A stretch of DNA of 17,796 nucleotides from Amoeboradix gromovi X-113 (taxonomy: Eukaryota; Fungi; Sanchytriomycota): positions 1-17,796 of the forward strand of contig JADGIF010000141.1 of NCBI GenBank assembly GCA_018985225.1, given 5' to 3'. The stretch's first letter is position 1. Each line of letters begins with the position of its first letter. A program made the translations under genes and the position numbers. Positions 9,845 to 17,796 of the stretch are shown piece by piece. A model generated the notes under the pieces. That model did no database searches. It saw only the letters and a list, made by a program, of their open reading frames with translations, and was not told where the DNA came from.

Positions 9845-11383
9845 ATGTCGATTTCGTCTTCACCGTTGATAAAGAAGAAATCAAGCGAAGCTGATCTAGA
9901 ATCTCTAACACCCGAGGACCAAGGGTATCCAAAAAGTATATACTTCATTGTTGGAAATGAATTCGCTGAAAGGTTCACATTTTATGGAATTAAAGCTGTT
10001 TTATTCTTATTTATGACAGATTACAAGCATTGGACTGGTGACGAGGCTACCGCGCTAATTCATTCATTTAATACGCTTGCTTATTTTATGCCTTTGATGG
10101 GTTCCATACTTGCTGACTCATACTGGGGAAAATTTAGGACAATTTTGTATCTAAGCCTTCTGTACTGCTGTGGTAGTATTCTTATAGCTATTAGCGCTGT
10201 TCCTGGTACAAATGATCAATTCACATTAATTGGTTTGCTTCTTTTAGCGATAGGTACTGGTGGTATTAAGCCTAATGTGAGTTCTTTTGGTGCTGATCAG
10301 TTAATACATTCACCAAGATATGTTCCCTTGTTCTTCAGCATGTTCTATTTTAGTATCAACGCTGGCAGTGTCCTTAGTATGTTTTTCACTCCAATTTTAC
10401 GAGGCGATCTGCATTGCTTCCAGCGGCAGGACTGCTTCCCTGCTGCCTTTGGTGTGCCCGCTATATTTATGCTTCTTGCAACCATACTATTTTACTGCGG
10501 TAAAAAATATTATTTGATAGTTCCACCTTCTAATAGCAACTTAGTTAATGAGCTGATAGATATACTAACAAGCGGATTTTTTGGCTTTATAGCTGATGCT
10601 AAATCAAAAGGATTGCGCAACGCTGATTTCTGGCTGCACCCTGTTAATGATGGCTTCAATCGCAAGAGAGTTTTTGAGTTCAAGTCGCTGATGCATGTAT
10701 TCCAGATAATGCTTCCTTTACCTCTTTTTTGGGCATTATATGATCAGCAAGGTAGTAGATGGACATCTCAGGCAAAGCAAATGAATCCACACTTCATTGG
10801 GCTGGTTATTAAACCAGATCAGATGCCAACTAGCAACGCAGTTCTTATCCTGGCATTTATTCCCCTATTCAATCGATTTCTGTATCCGGTGTCCTCTTTG
10901 TTGCCGCAAATAATACAGTTTCACAACAAACCGTTAAGAAAGATGGGATTAGGAATGTTTCTATGCGGTTGCTCTTTTGTGGTCAGTTCTTTATTGCAGG
11001 TAGCCATAGATAGAAGTCCTTATAAGCCAGATGATCCATCAAGTGGAGTATGTATAATATGGCAAATTGTTCAATATGTTATTGTCACAGCTAGCGAAAT
11101 ACTATTTTCAATAACAGGTTTAGAATTTGCATATTCGGAAAGCCCGATGACACTGAAATCAATGGCACAGGCAGGCTGGCTATTAACAGTGGCCATAGGC
11201 AATTTAATAGTGGTGATAGTTGCAGAGTCCAAACTCTTTGATTTGGCAAACGAAATGATTTTCTTTGCAATGATGATTTGGGGCGCCTTGATTTTGTTTA
11301 TAAGTCTGAGTTGGAATTACAGGTCATTCAAAGATCGACAAAATGAGGAGTCGGTTGAGATAGAGGACGAAAATGACGATTAA
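9845..11383 (+). CDS. Proton-dependent oligopeptide transporter (POT/PTR2, SLC15 family), 512 aa
   Basis: NEFAERFTFYG (ExxER motif), GSILADSYWGKFRTI, GTGGIKPNVSSFGADQ, FYFSINAGS, FWALYDQQGSRW and GLEFAYSESP; many TM helices. Confidence 0.95.
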   Translation: MSISSSPLIKKKSSEADLESLTPEDQGYPKSIYFIVGNEFAERFTFYGIKAVLFLFMTDYKHWTGDEATALIHSFNTLAYFMPLMGSILADSYWGKFRTILYLSLLYCCGSILIAISAVPGTNDQFTLIGLLLLAIGTGGIKPNVSSFGADQLIHSPRYVPLFFSMFYFSINAGSVLSMFFTPILRGDLHCFQRQDCFPAAFGVPAIFMLLATILFYCGKKYYLIVPPSNSNLVNELIDILTSGFFGFIADAKSKGLRNADFWLHPVNDGFNRKRVFEFKSLMHVFQIMLPLPLFWALYDQQGSRWTSQAKQMNPHFIGLVIKPDQMPTSNAVLILAFIPLFNRFLYPVSSLLPQIIQFHNKPLRKMGLGMFLCGCSFVVSSLLQVAIDRSPYKPDDPSSGVCIIWQIVQYVIVTASEILFSITGLEFAYSESPMTLKSMAQAGWLLTVAIGNLIVVIVAESKLFDLANEMIFFAMMIWGALILFISLSWNYRSFKDRQNEESVEIEDENDD

Positions 11384-11940
11384 ATAATTCAATACAATAA
11401 ATCATTTTATGCTCTCAATCGGATTATATGCTTTGGTTTTGTACCCCTTGCTAAATTTGGTAACACTGAAAAAGAGCCATTCCAGATATTATACGACATT
11501 TATGTTTCGCAGTCAGGTTTTAGCTGTCACTTGAAGCTAAAGCCTTAACTATATCTTTGGATTACCGTGAATGCGGGCAGTTTGCACGATGACAACCTTA
11601 GTGCATGTCTGTTAGAATTTACTACTCCTACAATCTTCAGTATTATAAAAATATCCGAAGCATGATTATAAGACGAAAAAAGATTGTTCGGCCAATTTGC
11701 AGGGGTCTAGGGTTACGCAAGCCTACTTACTATGTAGTCTGTAATAGAGATGTCTATGGTTTTCATGTTAATTTAGCAACTTGATTGAGCACACTTGCAA
11801 AGAGGAAATAGCAACAGCTAGTTATAGCCCTAGAGCACAGGTGATTAAACACGGGACTTTTCTACTTGAGTAGATTACCTATCGAGGCTTTTCGTTTAAA
11901 AGATATCTGGGTTTGTAGAGTATGCCTCATTTAAATTTTA

Positions 11941-12612
11941 TTAAATTTTCTCATCAGAAGATTTAATTTTAGTCATAGTCTTTAACAACTCCAATGAACC
12001 GTTTTCGACATTTAAGAATAGACCGCTTAATGTCAAGTCTTCACTCCTCTCCCAAACCTCAATAACATCCTCATGTTGAGCAATTATATCGATTCCATTG
12101 ATGGTATTAATCTTGGATAGCACTTGGGCCTGTTCTTCCATTGTGCGTTCATTTAAACTGTCAGTGCGGATATCTGCATCATTCATGAATTCATTTTTAA
12201 TATTTCCATCTGCATTAGAGGCGTTCAGCAGTCCAGGTTGCAACTCTTTTAAATACCTATTTCGGGAATCTCTCAACCATATATCCATGCCATGTAATCC
12301 ACCTCTGATAGATCTATAACAAGCACCACAATTAGTATGGCCACAAACCACTATATTTCGTATCCCTAATAGCTTAACTGCAAAATGTATCAGCCCGTTA
12401 GTATGATCTATTTCCTTGACTAGATTCCCCATATTTCTATGCACTAGTATGTCCCCTATATTACTGCCAGTGATTAGCTCTGGACTAACTCGGCTATCAA
12501 CGCATCCTATCCATAGGGTATGCGGACTCTGGTTATATCCTAGATCTTTGAATCCATATATCTTTGCAAATTCCATATTCTTTCGTAATAAATTTGCTAA
12601 TACTTTTGGCAT
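11941..12612 (-). CDS. Beta-class carbonic anhydrase (Nce103/CynT-like), 223 aa
   Basis: Zn ligands in CVDSRV (CxDxR) and GHTNCG (HxxC); also QSPHTLWIGC and VHRNMGN. Confidence 0.92.
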   Translation of the reverse strand: MPKVLANLLRKNMEFAKIYGFKDLGYNQSPHTLWIGCVDSRVSPELITGSNIGDILVHRNMGNLVKEIDHTNGLIHFAVKLLGIRNIVVCGHTNCGACYRSIRGGLHGMDIWLRDSRNRYLKELQPGLLNASNADGNIKNEFMNDADIRTDSLNERTMEEQAQVLSKINTINGIDIIAQHEDVIEVWERSEDLTLSGLFLNVENGSLELLKTMTKIKSSDEKI

Positions 12613-12916
12613 ACCAATGTTTTAAAAATCCTCAGTGCTGACCTCATACATAAATTATAAACGAGGGAATAATGGTTCATGAAATGTGTGCATGGCCCTC
12701 AATATAATACCGGTTTTTGACAGTTGGTTATCTAAGTTAGCTCAAGGCACGGTATAACTCATCTTACTGGAGGTTTGGTGGTGGCATATAGCTAGTTAAG
12801 CGGATTTCGCTACCACAACTGAAAATAGAAAAGCACATCAATTGCAAACAGCTCGCTGTATGTATGTTGCCTGTAATTATAATAATTTAATGCAATTAAT
12901 AAAAACAGAATATTAT

Positions 12917-14122
12917 TTATTTAGTTAATATTTCTGGCTCTTTATCGGTAACTAGCACAACATCCTCTATTCGTATGCCAATTCCCCAATACTCTTTAGG
13001 TACTTCTTTCGAGGGAGTAAAATAAACTCCTGGCTCAATAGTAATAACCGAATCCTTTTGCAACGACTTTGATGATGATATGCTCAGTGTATCGTGTAAA
13101 TCAAGCCCTATGTAATGTGTTACATTATGTGGGAATATCGTGTTTATTGATACAAACGGAAATGCCTCATTTAGCATTAATTTAGCAGATTGTTCAAGTG
13201 CGTCCATGGATGTATTGGTATTCACCATACTAATCAAAGACTTCTGCACCAAGTCAACTTTATCATATATCTCGGTATATAAATCAGACTGTTTGAATTT
13301 CCAACTTCGAGTCATGTCGGAACAATAATTGTCGACAGAAACACCAAAATCAACAACTAAGTTATCTTTTTTGTATATAGGCATGTTATTTGTTGTATAA
13401 TGAGGATAAATGGTATTAGTACCGCTGGCAATCGTGGGGATAAATGATAATTCTGCATTTTGTTGCAAAGCCAAGTTGGAAAGATCTGCCAATATTTCGC
13501 GCTCATTTGTGTATGTATTGGACATTATCTGATTCATAATCAAGGAATTTATAGATGCAGCACTCTTCATGGCCAACATTTCACTAGGAGACTTTTTCAC
13601 TTTAAACTCATCCAGCAAAAGAGGTTTAATAGGTATAGGATCAGTGTATAGCTTCCACCTCTGACTTATAGAATGAGGTGTGTTGGAAATTGAAGGTGGG
13701 TTGTTAGAATAGACTAGCGGGGGATTTACTTTTTTAATAAAATTTGAAAATTCAGCAACTGAATGAACAATACACTCTTTAGGCACATCAAATGGTGGGG
13801 AATAAGGGTCGGGTTTAGGAACAAATAAATGATACTCAAATGAGAATCTAGTGGGCAATAAAATTGCGATGCAATCCGAAATGTTTATGCCTGTCAAATA
13901 ATAAAACGAAGAATTTTGTTTGAATGGTACTTTGACATGAGGAGAATACATAAGTGTGTTATTGCCGAACAAAATGACGGGAATTTGTTTATCTTTCATT
14001 ATCGTGGTTCTTCGCTGAACGTATTCAGACTGTGGAATAAACGAGTAGATGTTTGATTGTTTCCATTGGAACTCTACTGGTGGTTTTTTTCTGAAGTAAC
14101 TCAACACATTCCAGAAGGACAT
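12917..14122 (-). CDS. M24B Xaa-Pro aminopeptidase, ICP55/XPNPEP3-like, 401 aa
   Basis: N-domain PFKQNSSFYYLTG. All five metal ligands are present: VVDFG, YCSDMTR, PHNVTHYIGLDLHD, TIEPGVY and GIRIEDVVL. Confidence 0.9.
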   Translation of the reverse strand: MSFWNVLSYFRKKPPVEFQWKQSNIYSFIPQSEYVQRRTTIMKDKQIPVILFGNNTLMYSPHVKVPFKQNSSFYYLTGINISDCIAILLPTRFSFEYHLFVPKPDPYSPPFDVPKECIVHSVAEFSNFIKKVNPPLVYSNNPPSISNTPHSISQRWKLYTDPIPIKPLLLDEFKVKKSPSEMLAMKSAASINSLIMNQIMSNTYTNEREILADLSNLALQQNAELSFIPTIASGTNTIYPHYTTNNMPIYKKDNLVVDFGVSVDNYCSDMTRSWKFKQSDLYTEIYDKVDLVQKSLISMVNTNTSMDALEQSAKLMLNEAFPFVSINTIFPHNVTHYIGLDLHDTLSISSSKSLQKDSVITIEPGVYFTPSKEVPKEYWGIGIRIEDVVLVTDKEPEILTK

Positions 14123-14305
14123 TCCACTCCAGAATCAAATTTGTATGAGGATTGTAAAATTTAAAAAGTTGCCACACTTGATCTGTACGGCATCAGCTAT
14201 TACATTATTGCATGGATATTGCTGAATGCTGATAGGGTCCTAATATAGAATAACATTCGAGTACGTTTATAGTGGTCAAATTTCGAAAAGAATTGCGTTT
14301 CTTAA

Positions 14306-14379
14306 GCTCTTATAGCGTAGTTGGTTATCGCGTATCCCTAGTAAGGATAAGGTCGCAGGTTCGAATCCTGCTGAGAGCA
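14306..14379 (+). tRNA. tRNA-Thr(AGT), intronless, CCA not encoded
   Basis: Acceptor GCTCTTA/TGAGAGC, D arm GCG..CGC, anticodon stem TATCC/GGATA with loop CT-AGT-AA (anticodon 14340-14342), T arm GCAGG-TTCGAAT-CCTGC, discriminator A. Confidence 0.96.
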
Positions 14380-14829
14380 ATGTCTTGTGAAGTCGTTGAG
14401 GAGTATGCGGTGATATACCACGGGTTTTAGTTTCTTAATATACGTTGTTAACTTGAACGATTTAGTTTTTCCCGTTTAGAACTATTATGGAGAATAGACC
14501 ACACAAATTTTGCATCATTTTTTATGATTTGTTTGGTATATAAACGGGAATTCTTATTAAGTACCTTTCCATCTCATATTTCTAAGGACTTGATTACTAT
14601 TTGATCAATATAGGACCTATGTGCGAATATGAAATATGGAAAATATGATAGTAGATGGCAGAATTCGTATAATTAGAGCATTTGCAATTCAGAGTAATAA
14701 CAAATATCGCTTGGGTTAACTCTAAGTATCCCTAAAGCAGTTCATACAACCTTAAGATTGTCAACAATTCCCCATGCCTTTCAAGCATAAATTAAACATT
14801 CCACTACTTTGTATAAATTGCATTTATTA

Positions 14830-16790
14830 TTACTCTTGATAAGTTGACAGCGGATATCCTTGCTCATAACGACTATCTTGTCTCGTTGGTCTCTTAAATT
14901 TGTTTTTCATCCTCGGTATTATCCTACAGCAGCACCCTCCTAGAAACAAGACCAAAAATATCAGAACAGCAATGCCTATAAATGGCTGATCTTGGAACCA
15001 TGTTATTACTTGGTTAAATGGATTACTGAACTTGCAATTTCCCTGGTTGCATAGCCCATGATATCCACATCCTGTCCCGTCTATAAAATCACCACTTAGT
15101 ATAACACATGAGCTGTACTGATCCGACAACACATTAACTGGCAGCTTGATTTGAAGTCAGGACAAGATCCGCTTAAGTTGCTTCCATTTGACCCTCTTGC
15201 TTTGCATTGAATATCCCTGGAGGTGCAATATCCACTAGCACACTGAGCGTCTTGTCCGTCTATTGCGCAGCTGTTACCGTCATTTACATGTAGATCACTG
15301 GGACAGTCCCCGTTGTCTCCGCTGCATTTCTCATCTATGTCGCATTCCTCATTTATTGAGTTTCTGCACACAGTATCCTTTGCTTTAAATTGGCAATCTT
15401 TACAACACTGTTGGTTCTTATCACTGCACTTGGCTGCATCTTTGAACTTACATTTTTTTGTACAACATTTGTCTGTATCGCACTGGTCTCCGCAATCGCA
15501 GTCCTCGCCATCTTCTTTTATTCCATTGCCACAGACGTTACCTTGAAGCAGTGGCTTGCTATTTGGAGCTAACAAACATTTGCCGTTGTTGCTCAAATTA
15601 GTACAAATGTCTTTGATAGAGCATGGAGAGAAGTCGGATGACTTAATAGTAGCTGTGGGATTCATTATGTATTGACCTTTGCAGTCACATTGATCACTAC
15701 AAGGACAACATGAATTAGACCCACTGCTACCACAACTGTTAGAGGTACAATCATGAATTGCTCCAAAATTATGACCAATTTCGTGAGCAATAACTTGGTA
15801 TTGATCTCTAGATGTAGCGCTAGATACACCGGCACCACTGATTTGCTGTTGCTGACCGTTCACATTCTGAGTTACTAAATCAGTTTGGCAGACTTGATCT
15901 AACCAAGCAACACCAACAGTAGTTCCAGATGGACATGTGCTAATTAAATGCCACAAACCTGCATCACTTCCACCACTGCTAGCACGCCAAGCCGAGAAAT
16001 CACTGAGGCGTTGGGTAATGTCATAATTATCTGAGCATAACTGATTCCAGCCATCAGAATCACACTCCATTTTGATGTTTACTTTGAATAGACCCAATCC
16101 CACATTAAAAGATCTCTCATATATGCTAGATGCAGCCGCGAAATTGGAAATTAATTGCTGTATAATCAGAGATTGATCATTATTCAGGAATGCGGCGTAT
16201 GTGCAGTCAGTAGCAGCACCAACGTAAACCACCTTTTGTTCTTGAGGACAACCCTGAGGGAAACTGCGCTTAAAAACAGGTAAATGCGATTTCGACAATT
16301 TAGAATTAATTTTGAGCTGGTTAAATGGTAAGTTATGGGAGTTGCAAGCTGGTGTGCCTGATAGATCAACCAAATCTTCCTCTTTATAAGCTACAAAACC
16401 GTCAAAAGTGGGATAAACATCGTCTCGTTTGCGAAGCAGTCTATAGCTATCTGTATGATAAATAACATACGTACCCTCTTGAAGGTTAATCCTGCCTTCA
16501 ATTACATGATTTGACTGAGTTAACCGCCCCATTCCAACTTGAAGCGAATTGGACAAAACCCAAACATCAAATACTTTGACAGTGTTTGGAATTGTTCTAG
16601 AGTGATTATTATATTGAAGCTGAATGATAGGGTTCATCTCGTATGGTAGTAGGATTAAGTCAAAAGTCAAATTGCCAATTTTCAAAGACATTTGAGAATC
16701 ATGGACTGGATGAAATTCTACAAGATGCAAATCACGGATGCTGTCTATAATCAGCTGAGAACAAAATAAAATCAGAAATAATAACAACAT
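14830..16790 (-). CDS. ADAM metalloprotease-disintegrin (fungal ADM type), ~653 aa if the frame break near 15128-15129 is repaired
   Basis: Signal peptide, prodomain ending FKR, HEIGHNFGAIHD zinc motif, Met-turn YIMNP and disintegrin CGNGIKEDGEDCDCG..EECD. The second ORF supplies the Cys-rich/EGF-like FIDGTGC...C, a TM helix and a cytoplasmic tail. Confidence 0.88.
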
Positions 16791-16852
16791 TGGTTTTTGA
16801 GTGATCGGAGGGAATCTTGTTAGAAAGAGATCCGTTGCTAAATAAATTGCCA

Positions 16853-16871
16853 GATTGGTTGCGATGATTGG
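16853..16871 (-). promoter_or_regulatory. Tandem CCAAT boxes ~63-81 nt upstream of the ADAM ATG
   Basis: CCAATC occurs twice on the minus strand (16853-16858, 16866-16871). A reverse CCAAT is also ~40 nt upstream of the PTR gene (9799-9804). Motif match only. Confidence 0.3.
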
Positions 16872-17796
16872 TCCAGTTAGATGTTTGACCAGTCATGAAG
16901 AGTACACAAGTTGAAAAATTAGCAGCTTCAAACATGGTATAAATGAATTTCTTATCAGATGAGGCATCACATACAGACACTATTTATTTCAACAAGAGGC
17001 TTCTTAAGACCAAAATAGTAAGTTTTTCATCAATCTTTACTACTGCACAAGTAGGATGAGACTGCCCTATGTAACGAACATCATTAGTAAGACAATGATC
17101 AATAGTGTTAAGCCTAATGTGTACCAACTGGCCAGCAGTTTCAGTAAATACTTTGATTGTTATCAGCTTACTGTCCCATGAAGAGGAAAGAACTGAAAGT
17201 AGCTCTACAAAATCTTTCCGAGTATTTCAATAGCCCAGGTCAGTCACTACATTCGCTCAATTCCAAAAAAGTTGAAAAGACAACGAACCATCTTTACGCT
17301 ATAGCACGTCTGCTAAGAAAGACTCAACTGGTAGAGAAGAAACGATAGAAAAGTATTTCACCTAATTTCTAGGCCATAAATATGGGTTGTTCCCGTTAAA
17401 CCTATTTCCTCTTGTTTTTACAGAGGGTCTGCCAATTGCAGATACTTTGTAGTACTACGGATGTTTATGATATATTAACAATGGGTTATCTCCTAACAGT
17501 AGTTATTTCCGTTTCCTCAAAACTAACTAAATAATACTTCTGTCTCTAATTCATGCGACATATGGGACACCAAATATAAAAACTAGACTAACTCGTTTTT
17601 AAAGAAGGTGCACCATCGGAGGAAATGCTATCATTAATAAAAGATCTTCTATTATACCAATCTTTTTTCATTACTTTCGATCCCCTCTTCAAAATAAAAG
17701 TAGAACCCTGCATCTCGTTCAAATATATGAGGTCTTTGAGCATCTAAGCAAAAGGTGCATTTTCTTAGACGGTACTCTTTTCTAGAGTCATTTCAT

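Noticed and set aside
11848-11864. RNase P/MRP-like words (ACACGGGACT on +, GAAAAGTCCCG on -)
   Set aside because: The complementary P4 strand was not found on the same strand.
12580-12647. Possible upstream mitochondrial-type exon MRSALRIFKTL for the carbonic anhydrase
   Set aside because: The 18-nt intron option gives the wrong frame. The 35-nt option removes the family-like LLRKN segment and lacks the branch consensus.
12688-12817. GCATGGCCC (U6-like), tRNA D-loop-like words and an 8-bp stem GTGGTGGC/GCTACCAC
   Set aside because: No ACAGAGA box, no T-arm or B box; consistent with chance.
3510-16369. Small ORFs antisense to or nested in real genes (3510, 3577, 4701, 7803, 10320, 12098, 12416, 13140, 13460, 15313, 15390, 16184)
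   Set aside because: Shadow frames of well-supported CDSs.
1963-16790. Stop-codon reassignment as the cause of the split ORFs
   Set aside because: The RPT4, CDC50 and ADAM breaks are frame changes, and conserved genes end in TAA or TAG at the expected positions.
17157-17796. 63-aa TTG ORF and a CPICR (RING-like) word on the minus strand near 17550-17570
   Set aside because: The CPICR word is flanked by stops with no other RING residues, and the ORF has no support.

Overview
This is an AT-rich, very gene-dense eukaryotic window, most likely from a reduced, fast-evolving fungal or holomycotan lineage. That placement is inferred from a fungal-type ADAM protease, an ICP55-like peptidase, RPT4, CCT5 and CDC50. 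Positions ~1.96-16.8 kb hold 11 protein genes and one tRNA-Thr(AGT): CDC50, RPT4, DDAH, IscA/ISA, CCT5, a DltE-like SDR, a 98-aa orphan, a PTR/PepT transporter, a beta-carbonic anhydrase, an M24B aminopeptidase and an ADAM. The main finding is a set of ultrashort 19-22 nt spliceosomal-type introns, all with consensus GTA...YTNAYNTAG and the putative branch A exactly 6 nt from the 3' end. Two are needed to restore conserved protein sequence and one is probable. In addition, 10 of 11 CDSs have AATAAA overlapping the stop codon or within 12 nt of it, and intergenic gaps are as short as 56 nt. The ADAM gene has a one-base frame break. Two intergenic segments are possible structured RNAs. The standard genetic code fits. 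No CRISPR array, recognisable mobile element or rRNA was seen, and the first ~1.9 kb and last ~1 kb are unexplained.
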